From: an uncultured Rhodospirillales bacterium
GTDB taxonomy: Bacteria; Pseudomonadota; Alphaproteobacteria; UBA7985
Assembly: GCA_963978305.1 (NCBI GenBank)
Contig: CAXBRM010000002.1
Coordinates: forward strand, 1-48,602
Reading direction: 5' to 3'
Length of the DNA stretch: 48,602 nt
The notes under the pieces were generated by a model. That model was given only the letters and a program-made list of their open reading frames with translations. It did no database searches and was not told the origin of the DNA. The position numbers and the translations under genes were made by a program. Below, one piece after another: positions 19,222 to 29,094 of the stretch. The first letter of the stretch is position 1; each line of letters starts with the position of its first letter.

Positions 19222-20283
19222 TCACGCTGGCCAATGAGCAACCATCATTTCGGCCAGATCGCCCATTCGCATCGCGTAGCCCATTTCATTATCGTACCAG
19301 GCATAGATCTTGAGGTGCGTACCGTTGACAACCATCGTGCTGAGCGCGTCGACGATGCTGCTCCGAGGATCGTTGGTGTAGTCTGTACTGACCAAAGGCC
19401 GCGGTTCATAGCCTAAAATGCCTTTCAGGGGTCCACTGCTGGCAGCCGCTTCAAACGCTGCATTGACTTCGCTCACCGTGACCTCTCGCTCCAATTCAAA
19501 CACGCAATCGGTCAAGCTGGCATTCAACAACGGTACACGCACCGCATGACCATCAAGACGCCCTTGCAATTCCGGAAAAATCATCGTGATCGCTTTGGCA
19601 GATCCTGTCGTCGTCGGGATCAAATTCATCAAAGCACTGCGCGCACGGCGGTAATCTTTGTGCGGCCTGTCGACAATAGTCTGCGTGTTGGTAACATCAT
19701 GGATTGTCGTCATGCTGCCATGGCGAATCCCAAATGTTTCGTGCACCACTTTCACCACCGGTGCCAAACAATTGGTTGTGCAACTCGCTGCCGTCACCAG
19801 GTCATGAACGCTCGCTTTATAGTGGCCGTCATTGACGCCCACGACCAGATTGAGAGCACCTCGCTTAACGGGGGCAGAAACCAGAACTTTGCGCCGCTTT
19901 TGTCCCGCAAAATAGGGGGCCAACGTGTCTGTGGTTTTAAAAACGCCAGTGCAATCAATCACCAAATCGACGTCTAGTGCATCCAGCGCTAAGTCTTCAA
20001 TCCGTTTTTCAGCAGTCACCTTTGCTGTTTTTCCATTGATTATCAGACCATTGTTGGTGGATGCAATCTGACCCGACCAGCGACCATGAACGCTATCAAA
20101 GGTCAGCAAATGTGCGATCATGTCAGCATCGGCACCAATATCGTTCATCAGCACGATATCAAACCCCGTGCGCCCCGCTTTGTCGGATGTGCCTGATGTG
20201 TCTGATGTCAGGCGATCATACAAAGTCCGCGCAACCAGCTTACCAATCCGGCCCGCGACGCCGTTAATTGCAATCTTAATCAT
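19222..20283 (-). CDS. gap: glyceraldehyde-3-phosphate dehydrogenase (ArsJ-associated type)
   Basis: INGVAGRIGK Rossmann motif and catalytic ASCTTNCLAP, with WYDNEMGYA at the C-terminus. It forms an operon with arsJ. Confidence 0.9.
   Translation of the reverse strand: MIKIAINGVAGRIGKLVARTLYDRLTSDTSGTSDKAGRTGFDIVLMNDIGADADMIAHLLTFDSVHGRWSGQIASTNNGLIINGKTAKVTAEKRIEDLALDALDVDLVIDCTGVFKTTDTLAPYFAGQKRRKVLVSAPVKRGALNLVVGVNDGHYKASVHDLVTAASCTTNCLAPVVKVVHETFGIRHGSMTTIHDVTNTQTIVDRPHKDYRRARSALMNLIPTTTGSAKAITMIFPELQGRLDGHAVRVPLLNASLTDCVFELEREVTVSEVNAAFEAAASSGPLKGILGYEPRPLVSTDYTNDPRSSIVDALSTMVVNGTHLKIYAWYDNEMGYAMRMGDLAEMMVAHWPA
20182..20208 (-). repeat. three tandem 9-nt units inside gap encoding (TSD)(TSG)(TSD)
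   Basis: The plus strand reads GTCGGATGT GCCTGATGT GTCTGATGT. The repeat is in frame (codons 26-34) and lies in a loop after the first Rossmann helix. Confidence 0.85.
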
Positions 20284-20387
20284 TTGAGCTTTCCAATCGT
20301 CAACATCTCTGGGTGATCGACCTTCATTGCAATCATATGACAGCCAGCCCGCGCAGATAATGAAACGAGCATCAGAGCCACACCCTG

Positions 20388-21554
20388 TTAGGCGACAATA
20401 TGGCCATCAATGCGGTGAGCAAAGCGTTGGAATAAGTAGTGGCTGTCCTGTGGTCCAGGCGAGGCTTCAGGATGATACTGCACACTAAAGGCGTTTCGGC
20501 TTTTGCTCTCAATGCCTTCGTTGGAACCATCAAACAAGGATTGATGGGTAACAACAACATCATCGGGCAGGCTGTCTTCATCAACAACAAAGCCGTGGTT
20601 TTGGCTGGTGATCTCAACCTTGCCTGTGGCCAGATCTTTGACCGGATGATTGCCGCCACGATGACCCTGCAACATTTTTTGTGTTATTCCGCCTAAAGCT
20701 CGGGCCAGAATTTGATGGCCCAAACAGATGCCAAATATTGGCACATCCGCTTGAAGAAGCGCGGTCACCATAGGCACCGCATATGCTCCCGTCGCAGCAG
20801 GATCACCGGGCCCGTTGCTCAGGAAGACACCATCGGGATTGAGCGCTAAAATATCTTGGGCTGTTGCGGTTGCTGGCACCACGGTGACACGACTACCCGT
20901 CGCTGCCAAACACCGCAAAATGTTCCGCTTGGCACCAAAATCAACCGCGACAACATGGCGTTTCGGGTGATCTAATGTGCCAAAACCCTCACCGAGTTGC
21001 CACGTGGTTTGATGCCATTCATAGGTCTGCCTAGTGCAAACCTGCTGGGCCAGGTCCATTCCTTTCAACCCAGGCCAGGCTTTAGCTTCTTCAACCAGGG
21101 CGTCAACATTTGGTGCTTCCTCATTATCAAAATGAACGAGCACCGCGCTTGGTGCGTGTTCTTCTCGGACAATTTGAGTCAAGGTGCGGGTGTCAATCCC
21201 ACTGATGGCTGCCTGATCGCGCGCCTTCATCCAAGCGCTTAAATCTTGCGCCGAACGCCAATTGCTCGGATTGGTGGCATCAGCACGCAAAACAGCCCCT
21301 AACGCGAATGGGGTACCAATTTCATCATCCTCATCGTTCGTACCGACATTCCCAATATGGGGGAAGGTAAACGTGATCAGTTGTTGAGCGTAGCTGGGAT
21401 CGGTCAAAATTTCTTGATAGCCAGTCAGGGCGGTGTTGAAGCACAATTCTCCAACCTTTTTTACGGTGGCGCCCAGCCCCTTACCCCAAAAAACATGCCC
21501 GCTGCTGAGGACCAAAATGGCGGAAGCATTTGTGGGGATATTTCGTTGTGGCAT
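20388..21554 (-). CDS. carA: carbamoyl-phosphate synthase small (glutaminase) subunit
   Basis: Motifs ILVLSSGHVFWGKGLGA, GICLGHQ and QYHPEASPGP. Confidence 0.95.
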   Translation of the reverse strand: MPQRNIPTNASAILVLSSGHVFWGKGLGATVKKVGELCFNTALTGYQEILTDPSYAQQLITFTFPHIGNVGTNDEDDEIGTPFALGAVLRADATNPSNWRSAQDLSAWMKARDQAAISGIDTRTLTQIVREEHAPSAVLVHFDNEEAPNVDALVEEAKAWPGLKGMDLAQQVCTRQTYEWHQTTWQLGEGFGTLDHPKRHVVAVDFGAKRNILRCLAATGSRVTVVPATATAQDILALNPDGVFLSNGPGDPAATGAYAVPMVTALLQADVPIFGICLGHQILARALGGITQKMLQGHRGGNHPVKDLATGKVEITSQNHGFVVDEDSLPDDVVVTHQSLFDGSNEGIESKSRNAFSVQYHPEASPGPQDSHYLFQRFAHRIDGHIVA

Positions 21555-21812
21555 GACGGAGGCTCCTAAGATCCAAAAACCACCACCGATCTTAGCTTGT
21601 CAAGCTCAGCCTGACGAGAGGGATCCGCAACCGAAAAGCCATGCAAAATTAGCTGGGCGATTCTTTAAAGCCATGCATATCAACACACTTATTGCCTGAT
21701 TCTTCGGCGCCAGCACTTTTTTTGCGGACGGGCCATGCGCAAGTCGGACTGCCTGAAGCCTCGATTGGTCCCTAATCTGTCATTGACTGTTAATAGCGTA
21801 CAGGTGAAACCA

Positions 21813-22271
21813 ATGCTGCGTGACGAGCTTAACCAAGCCATGAAGCAAGCAATGAAAGCCAAAGATACACGCGTTCTGACAACCGTCCGTCTGATAAATG
21901 CTGCTATTAAGCAAAAAGACATTGAAGCGCGCACTGACGGTGCTGATGATGGAATTTCAGAAGCAGATATCCAAGCATTGCTCATGAAAATGATTAAGCA
22001 GCGCCTGGAGAGTATCGCAATCTACAAAGATGCAGGCAGAGATGAGCAAGCTGCCGCTGAACAAGAAGAAATTCTGGTTATTGAGCGATTTTTGCCCGAA
22101 CCCATGTCAGACGACGACATGCGCGACGCTGTCAACAGCGCCTGTGAAGAACTTGGTGCCAGCGGAATCAAAGATATGGGTCCAGTTATGAACACGCTGC
22201 GCACTCGCTACGCAGGACAGATGGATATGGCGAAAGCCAGCAGCATGCTCAAAGAGCGACTGACTGGCTAA
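21813..22271 (+). CDS. GatB/YqeY domain-containing protein
   Basis: MLRDELNQAMKQAMKAKD...RLINAAIKQKDIE...EILVIERFLP. AGGTGA lies 5 nt upstream of the ATG at 21813. It is divergent from carA, as in many alphaproteobacteria. Confidence 0.85.
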   Translation: MLRDELNQAMKQAMKAKDTRVLTTVRLINAAIKQKDIEARTDGADDGISEADIQALLMKMIKQRLESIAIYKDAGRDEQAAAEQEEILVIERFLPEPMSDDDMRDAVNSACEELGASGIKDMGPVMNTLRTRYAGQMDMAKASSMLKERLTG

Positions 22272-22282
22272 CTATTGATCCT

Positions 22283-22801
22283 ATGGCCACTCCCATGAAG
22301 CAAAGCTGTCACCTTGCTGTCCTGACAATTTCAGACAGCCGGACCATGGCAACAGACAAAAGTGGTGACCTCCTCTCTCAGCTGATCATTGACGATGGCC
22401 ACCAGGTGGTAGCCCGCGCGCTGTGCCGCGATGATGTCAAACTCATCACCGCACAGCTCTCCCAATGGATTGATGATCACCACATTGATTGCATTGTTAC
22501 GACTGGCGGCACAGGCGTCACAGGCCGTGATGTAACCCCAGAAGCGTTTGAGTTGCTAATCGAAAAAGACATCCCCGGCTTTGGCGAAATGTTTCGATGG
22601 CTTAGCTATCAGACCATCGGCACAAGTGCCTTACAAAGTCGGGCTGTCGCTGGTGTCTGCCGCGGAACCTATTTATTTGCCCTACCCGGCAGCAGTGGCG
22701 CCGTCAAAGACGGTTGGCAAAAAATACTGACCCACCAACTGGATAGTACTCACAAGCCCTGCAATTTGGTTGAATTATTTCCCCGCCTACAAGAAAAGTG
22801 A
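22283..22801 (+). CDS. moaB: molybdenum cofactor biosynthesis protein B (MoaB/MogA family)
   Basis: Motifs [27 protein letters not shown] and [10 protein letters not shown]. Confidence 0.85.
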   Translation: MATPMKQSCHLAVLTISDSRTMATDKSGDLLSQLIIDDGHQVVARALCRDDVKLITAQLSQWIDDHHIDCIVTTGGTGVTGRDVTPEAFELLIEKDIPGFGEMFRWLSYQTIGTSALQSRAVAGVCRGTYLFALPGSSGAVKDGWQKILTHQLDSTHKPCNLVELFPRLQEK

Positions 22802-23400
22802 CCGTCAAACCCTCTTTGGACCATGAACGCGCCGTTGGTTGGCCAACATGCGCTGTTGCTGGCGTCGATGAAGTTGGCCGAGGCCCCCTGGCTGGCGATG
22901 TCATCGCGGCGGCTGTTGTTTTGCCATTGCATGAACGACTGTGGTTTAAAGAACTTGCCGACAGCAAAACCATTTCCCCGTCAAAGCGCAGCGCTTTGTA
23001 CGAGCAAATTATGGCGGAGTGCCGTGTCGGTATCGGCCGAGGGACGCTTGATGACATTGCAGAGCTTAACATCCTCTGGGCAAGCATGCTGGCGATGGAA
23101 CGGGCCGTCTGCGAGCTGATGCCTCAGCCTGCACATATTTTGGTTGACGGCAACCGATCGCCAAAATCCCTTAACGTGCCAGCAACAACAGTGATCAAAG
23201 GGGATGGCAAATCATGTGCCATCGCAGCAGCCAGCATCGTTGCCAAAGTCACGCGCGATCGAGAGATGCAAAACCTGCACGAAGAATTTCCGCAGTATGG
23301 CTGGGCACGCAACAAGGGATACCCAAGTCGCGAGCACCGCGAAGCACTTGCCCGTTACGGACCCAGTCCCTACCACCGACGTGGATTCAAATTGGTCTAA
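22798..23400 (+). CDS. rnhB: ribonuclease HII
   Basis: The GTG start overlaps the moaB stop (GTGA). Motifs AGVDEVGRGPLAGDV, DSK and GYPS are present. Confidence 0.92.
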   Translation: MTVKPSLDHERAVGWPTCAVAGVDEVGRGPLAGDVIAAAVVLPLHERLWFKELADSKTISPSKRSALYEQIMAECRVGIGRGTLDDIAELNILWASMLAMERAVCELMPQPAHILVDGNRSPKSLNVPATTVIKGDGKSCAIAAASIVAKVTRDREMQNLHEEFPQYGWARNKGYPSREHREALARYGPSPYHRRGFKLV

Positions 23401-23525
23401 TGCTGTTCGGCTTCGCCCGCTTGCTTAGCATCCCGAATCAAGGTGAATATAAGTTGCTCGGATGCCCAAAATCCGCCCAGGGCCAAGCCAAATAACAGCA
23501 AAAAAACCATCAGCCTTTGCCTCAT
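23397..23525 (-). CDS. candidate 42-aa single-pass membrane peptide ([42 protein letters not shown]), not in the ORF track
   Basis: The ATG overlaps the glnD TGA (ATGA). GAGAGGA lies 6 nt upstream. The N-terminus is basic, a hydrophobic helix follows, and the tail is charged. The ORF fills the whole glnD-rnhB gap. Confidence 0.4.
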   Translation of the reverse strand: MRQRLMVFLLLFGLALGGFWASEQLIFTLIRDAKQAGEAEQH

Positions 23526-26281
23526 GAACGATCCTCTCGTTGCACCTTTGGAGTCAAAATGGTCAACACCGCGTCGCGCATTGAATCCAGCCGGTCTTGG
23601 CGCTCAATTTTTCCGCCGGTCAGGTCGGCAAGGTAAAAAACATCAGCATAACGGTTGCCATAGCTGCTGATTTTCGCGCCATGGATTTGCAGATTAAGCC
23701 GCGAGAGCGTCGACGCCAAACGATAAAGTTCACCATGGGTGTTTGCCCCTTCGACTTCCAGGACCGTATATCGCTCGCTAGCGTCATTATCAAACCGCAC
23801 CGCCGGAGGACGATCCAAAACCGTCAGCCTTTTGGCTCTTGGTCGATTTGCGGCGTCTAAGGCGGCGCGCATGCTGGTATCACCTTGGATTACTTTGGCG
23901 ATTTTATCTTTCAGGCGCATCAAGGCGCTATCGTCCAAGATCGCCACGCCATCGGCGGTCCGGATAGCAAAGACATCCAATGCCATGCCATTGCGCAACG
24001 TATAAGCCCGAACGCTTTCAATGCTATAGCCCTGCATGCTAATTGCACCTGTAATCCCCGCAAACAATCCATGGTGATCCACACAATAAACGCTGAGTTC
24101 TGTCCAGCGATCCACACTGTCTTGTAGCACTGAAAACCTGACCTCTCGCACCGCTTCAGGTTCGCGAATCAGAACGGCGTGATCTGTCTGCAAGGCCAGT
24201 GGAACGTGGGCCAAATAATCATCACTTAACTTGCGCAGAACACGGTTAATGCTGATGTCATCCCAATTTTCCTGGCTCTTGTTCTTTAGCGCCGACTGTA
24301 ACTCTATGCGGCGCGCCCGCGCCCGTGCTCGTGCACTGGGCAATTTCTTACCCGTCAATAACCGGCTCTGCGTCGCGCGGTAAAGCTGACTCAATAGGGC
24401 CGCTTTCCACGTCGTCCATGTATCTGGACCGACGGCCGAAATATCGCAAACCGTCAAAATATAAAGTGCCTGAAGATGCTCAATATCGTGGACGCGATCC
24501 GCAAACTGCTCGATGGTTTGCGCATCTTCCAAATCACGCTTAAACGCAATATCGCTCATACTTAGGTGTTCAAGAATCAGCCAAGAAACAAATTCCGTTT
24601 CCTCGCTTAGTAAACCAAGGCGTGGACAAACATCGCGCGCAAGGCGCGCGCCAATCACGCTGTGATCACCCTCGCCTCCCTTCATCATATCGTGGAGCAA
24701 GATCGCCACCAGCAACACCCGATGATTGGCAAATTGTTTTGCAATCTTGGCAGCGTGTTCTCGCCCTTCTAGATTTTTGATTTCGCGTAAGCCTTCCACT
24801 TCGCCCAAGCGATGAACCGCCCATGCTTGATCAGCATCCAGTTGCCCTACGACGCGTTCGGGCTGACCATATAGAAGGACATGCATCCATTCGAGCGCTC
24901 GCAAAATATGAGCGTCAACCGTGTAGTGGTGATAGCGGTTAAATTGCATCAAACCGGAAATCGCCGCCCACTCGGGCAAGACAACCCGTAAAATCCCCGT
25001 ATCACTCATCAAACGGAGCGTCGCCACCGGATTTTCAGGATGGGTGATAATTTTGAGCAGCAATTGGTTCGCAAGGCGGCCTGTCTGTTCGTTGGTCGCC
25101 AAGTCAGCAGGCATTTTGCTCTGCTCAGTCGTAATCATCTGGAGCGTTTTTGGGTGAACCTGTAGCCCCATCTCGATACTCGCGAGAAACAAGCGGAGCA
25201 CAGACAAAGGATCAGATGTGAGATCGGATACTGAGCCAAACATCAGCTGCTGCTGCCGGACTCTCCACTCACCAATGCGACCATCGGCAAGAATAAAGCC
25301 CAGCAATGCGCTCCAGCCACCGCGCGCATGGTCCTCTTTCAAAGCAGCCAGAGCAATTTCGGTTTTAATTTTTACCGACCAAGCATTGAGATAATATTGC
25401 CGCATAAACGCTTCGATGGCTTCGTGACGGCCCGCATTGGGACCTTGTGCTTTATAGCCCATAAGGGGTGCGATTTCGGCCTGATAATCGAACGTAAGGC
25501 GCTCTTCGGGCCGTCCAACCAGCGTGTGCAAATGAAAGCGAATCTTCATCTGTTCATCTTTGATTGCCTGCAAGTCAGTAAGTTGCGCTTCAGCGAGCAC
25601 CCCTCGCGCCACCAAGACATTCCAGTCGTCCGTTTCAAAGACCACATGGGCAATCCATTCCAACGCATGAATGTCACGCAGCGCCCCACTCCCCTCTTTG
25701 ATGTTTGGTTCGAGAGCGGTTCGACTATTTTCTGGCCGAGCCCGCCGTGCATCACGCTCGGCCAGCTTAGCCTCAGCAAATGGCGCTGCCTTACCTTGAA
25801 AAAGCATACGCCAACTGCGGCGCTGAAAGTCCTCGGCTAACTCAGGGTCACCCCATAGAAACCGAGCCTGGAGAATAGCCGTTTTCGTATCTAAATCTTC
25901 CTGAGCAAGCTTGATGGTTTCCGCAATGCTTCGGCTTGCGTGACCAACTTTAAATCCAGCATCCCAAAGCTGATACAGCATGGCCTCAAGTGCAGCACGG
26001 GCCCGATCATTTGGTGAGCGTCGAAACAGAATGAGCAGGTCCAAATCGCTTTGCGGACAAAGTTCCTGGCGTCCGTAGCCCCCAACGGCAAAAATCGTGC
26101 AAGTAACCGAGCTTAATTCATCCTCAAATAAATCCTTCAGCCAAGCGTCTGTAGCGTCACTCAAACGGTTTGATGCCGAAACGCCCCCAATCTGATGGCT
26201 GATAAGTCCTGCCACAAGGTCGCAAAGAACCTGTGAACGCTCGGTCTTTACCCGCTGGAACCATGCTTCAGTCAGCGTCAT
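23522..26281 (-). CDS. glnD: [protein-PII] uridylyltransferase/uridylyl-removing enzyme GlnD
   Basis: 919 aa. Nucleotidyltransferase motif [17 protein letters not shown], an HD domain (LLHDMMKG) and two C-terminal ACT-like domains. It lies downstream of mutS, the conserved alphaproteobacterial order. Confidence 0.95.
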   Translation of the reverse strand: MTLTEAWFQRVKTERSQVLCDLVAGLISHQIGGVSASNRLSDATDAWLKDLFEDELSSVTCTIFAVGGYGRQELCPQSDLDLLILFRRSPNDRARAALEAMLYQLWDAGFKVGHASRSIAETIKLAQEDLDTKTAILQARFLWGDPELAEDFQRRSWRMLFQGKAAPFAEAKLAERDARRARPENSRTALEPNIKEGSGALRDIHALEWIAHVVFETDDWNVLVARGVLAEAQLTDLQAIKDEQMKIRFHLHTLVGRPEERLTFDYQAEIAPLMGYKAQGPNAGRHEAIEAFMRQYYLNAWSVKIKTEIALAALKEDHARGGWSALLGFILADGRIGEWRVRQQQLMFGSVSDLTSDPLSVLRLFLASIEMGLQVHPKTLQMITTEQSKMPADLATNEQTGRLANQLLLKIITHPENPVATLRLMSDTGILRVVLPEWAAISGLMQFNRYHHYTVDAHILRALEWMHVLLYGQPERVVGQLDADQAWAVHRLGEVEGLREIKNLEGREHAAKIAKQFANHRVLLVAILLHDMMKGGEGDHSVIGARLARDVCPRLGLLSEETEFVSWLILEHLSMSDIAFKRDLEDAQTIEQFADRVHDIEHLQALYILTVCDISAVGPDTWTTWKAALLSQLYRATQSRLLTGKKLPSARARARARRIELQSALKNKSQENWDDISINRVLRKLSDDYLAHVPLALQTDHAVLIREPEAVREVRFSVLQDSVDRWTELSVYCVDHHGLFAGITGAISMQGYSIESVRAYTLRNGMALDVFAIRTADGVAILDDSALMRLKDKIAKVIQGDTSMRAALDAANRPRAKRLTVLDRPPAVRFDNDASERYTVLEVEGANTHGELYRLASTLSRLNLQIHGAKISSYGNRYADVFYLADLTGGKIERQDRLDSMRDAVLTILTPKVQREDRS

Positions 26282-28922
26282 CAGCCAGATCCTTTAATTC
26301 ATAAAGCATCGCCAAGGCTTCTTTAGGGCTAAGCGAGTCAACATCCAAACCCTGCAACGTCAAGACCAACTGATTGTCTGGCGCCGCTTCTTCGGGGGTC
26401 TCAGGCACAAGCTTTTGCAAAGCAAACAATGGCAAATCCGCTCCTGCGCCATTAGCCTCTAGCTGAGCGAGCACGGTTTGAGCACGAGCAACCACTGCTT
26501 TGGGCAGACCGGCCAATTTTGCAACCTGCACGCCATAGCTCTTGTCTGCCGAACCCGGCACCACGCGGTGCAGAAAGACAATATCACCTTGCCACTCTTT
26601 GACATCAACCCGGTGGGTGCTGAGCGCTGAAAGCTGGTCAGCCAATTGGTTCAATTCGTGATAATGAGTGGCAAACAAGCCGCGACACCGCAAATGTTTG
26701 ACCAAATGCTCAACGCTGGCCCAAGCAATGCTCAGCCCATCGAAAGTTGCTGTGCCGCGGCCTATTTCGTCCAAAATGACAAAGCTATGCTCCGTCGCCT
26801 GATTCAAGATCGCCGCCGTTTCAACCATTTCCACCATAAACGTCGATCGACCACGGGCAAGGTCATCCGCAGCACCCACGCGACTGAACAAACGGTCGAC
26901 GCAGGATAATTCAAGCCTTGCCGCTGGCACAAACAAGCCGGCTTGCGCCAACAGGACAATCAGGGCATTTTGCCTTAAAAATGTCGACTTGCCGCTCATA
27001 TTCGGACCCGTCAGCAACCAAAGACTATCGGTTCCATCCAATTCCAAATCGTTTGCCACAAAAGCGCCCAAACCCTCTCGTGCGATCGCTCTGGCCACAA
27101 CGGGATGTCGGCCCTCTTTAATCTTTAAAACTGCGCCAGTCGCGGGGGCGTCAACAAACAACGGACGGCTGTAATCTGCCTCATGCGCCAGCGTGGCTGT
27201 TGCCACCGCTACATCGATTTCTGCGAGGGCATGAGCCATCGCAAACAGAGCATCGGCTTCGGCCGTTACCTGCTCAACCAAGTCATCGTATATGCTTAGC
27301 TCAATACTCAAGGCACGATCTGCAGCGCTGGCAATATCCCGCTCCAACTCACCAAGGGCTGTGGTGGTGAAACGCATCGCATTCGCCATTGTTTGGCGAT
27401 GAATGAAAACACCCACATCCGCCATAAGCTTGTCGGCATGTTGCGATGAGACCTCGATAAAATAGCCCAACACATTGTTGTGTTTGATTTTCAAACTGGC
27501 AACGCCACTGTCGGCGGCATACTGGCTCTGCAACGCAGCGATTGAGCCTTTAGCATCCTGCCGCAACGCCCGCAGTCGATCGAGGTCGTCGTTGACACCC
27601 GAGGGCACCAGGCCACCGTCGCGTGCCAACATTGGTGGACGCTCAATCAAACTCTCAGCCAGCAAGACTTGCAGCGATCCAGGCGATACCAACCCATTGC
27701 GCGCCGTTTCCAGATCTTGCGGAAAAAGTTTCAAACTCAAGCGCTGATCCAACGCTCGACCGATTTTCTCAGCCGCAGACAGGGCTTCGCGAACATTGGC
27801 CAAATCACGCGGCCCACCGCGACCCATCGCTAAACGCGACAGCGCCCTCTCAAAATCTGGACAAGAGCGGAGCGGCGCGCAAACATCATCAAGCGCTAAA
27901 GTATCATCATAAAAATATTGGGCGACGTCTAAGCGCTGTTGGATTGAATGGGAGTCGGTCAGGGGCGCACTGAGCCGCTGCGACAACATGCGAGCACCCA
28001 TGCTCGTGACCGTATAATCAACGCTCTCAATCAATGATCCGGCTCTACCACCATCCAATTTGGCAAAAATTTCAAGATTCTTTCGGGTCGCCGGATCAAT
28101 CGCCATCGTATTTTGGGATTCAACTAGCTTTAGAGACTTCAATCGAGGCGAGACACCTTTTTGGGTAAGGTCCAAATAGTCCAGAAGCGTACCCGCCGCC
28201 GCGACCCCAGCGCGATCAAAACTTCCCAGTGCATCTAGAGTGCCAACGGCGAAAAAATTTAGTAACCGCTCGGCTGCATTTTTGGCATCAAAGCGACTAG
28301 CGGGCTGAGGATTCAAGATACTCTTGTAATTATCGCGCCACGTTTGATGTTTTTCATCGTGCAGATGCTTTTCGTTTATGAGCAGCTCCGCAGGATCAAT
28401 GCGGGCCAAAGCCGTAAGGATGCGACCGGGGTCGGCAGGACCGGCATCAACCAAAAACTCACCGGTTGAAATATCTGCCCAAGCCAGCGCAAAACGATCT
28501 CTAATGACGACCAGAGCAGCCAGATAAGCGTTTCCCCGTTCTGGCAATAAATCACTTTCCGTGATGGTGCCGGGCGTGACAATGCGCTTTACTTCACGAG
28601 CAACAACACTTTTGGCCCCCCGTTTTTTGGCCTCGGCAGGGTCTTCAGTTTGCTCACAAATAGCAACACGAAAGCCACCGGAAATAAGTTTGCTCAAATA
28701 GGGTTCTGCGCTGTGGTAAGGCACACCAGCCATTGGAATCCCGTCACCATCGTGCGTGCCCCGTTGTGTCAGCGTGATCCCCAGACAACGACTTGCCTGG
28801 ACAGCGTCATCGAAAAACAACTCATAAAAGTCCCCCATCCGGTAAAACAACAAACAGTCCTGATGATCAGCCTTGATCGCCAAATACTGTTGCATCATTG
28901 GGGTGGATTTACTGCCCGACAT
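26268..28922 (-). CDS. mutS: DNA mismatch repair protein MutS
   Basis: [26 protein letters not shown] and Walker [14 protein letters not shown]. The start is either the ATG at 28922 or the GTG at 28949. Confidence 0.95.
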   Translation of the reverse strand: MSGSKSTPMMQQYLAIKADHQDCLLFYRMGDFYELFFDDAVQASRCLGITLTQRGTHDGDGIPMAGVPYHSAEPYLSKLISGGFRVAICEQTEDPAEAKKRGAKSVVAREVKRIVTPGTITESDLLPERGNAYLAALVVIRDRFALAWADISTGEFLVDAGPADPGRILTALARIDPAELLINEKHLHDEKHQTWRDNYKSILNPQPASRFDAKNAAERLLNFFAVGTLDALGSFDRAGVAAAGTLLDYLDLTQKGVSPRLKSLKLVESQNTMAIDPATRKNLEIFAKLDGGRAGSLIESVDYTVTSMGARMLSQRLSAPLTDSHSIQQRLDVAQYFYDDTLALDDVCAPLRSCPDFERALSRLAMGRGGPRDLANVREALSAAEKIGRALDQRLSLKLFPQDLETARNGLVSPGSLQVLLAESLIERPPMLARDGGLVPSGVNDDLDRLRALRQDAKGSIAALQSQYAADSGVASLKIKHNNVLGYFIEVSSQHADKLMADVGVFIHRQTMANAMRFTTTALGELERDIASAADRALSIELSIYDDLVEQVTAEADALFAMAHALAEIDVAVATATLAHEADYSRPLFVDAPATGAVLKIKEGRHPVVARAIAREGLGAFVANDLELDGTDSLWLLTGPNMSGKSTFLRQNALIVLLAQAGLFVPAARLELSCVDRLFSRVGAADDLARGRSTFMVEMVETAAILNQATEHSFVILDEIGRGTATFDGLSIAWASVEHLVKHLRCRGLFATHYHELNQLADQLSALSTHRVDVKEWQGDIVFLHRVVPGSADKSYGVQVAKLAGLPKAVVARAQTVLAQLEANGAGADLPLFALQKLVPETPEEAAPDNQLVLTLQGLDVDSLSPKEALAMLYELKDLADDAD

Positions 28923-29094
28923 TGAGATCGTGGTCGCCTTAAGTCTCACTTGAAGTGTTCACAACACTATGGTTAAGCGATGCGAAGCTCACCCGCAACT
29001 CCGCAGCGCCATTGGCGGATGAAAAATTGACTTGCATACAGCCTGTGAAATCAGTCATTACGCGGACGACCTTCGAAAAGCAGGACAGTTTCCG

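Noticed and set aside
21569-21598. The inverted repeat CTAAGATC-N14-GATCTTAG in the carA 5' leader, and a T-run at 21717-21723 considered as an sRNA terminator.
   Set aside because: The 8-bp arms with a 14-nt loop could be a minor leader hairpin. The T-run is not preceded by a compact GC-rich stem; the only pairing encloses a loop of about 50 nt. This is insufficient to call a regulatory RNA.
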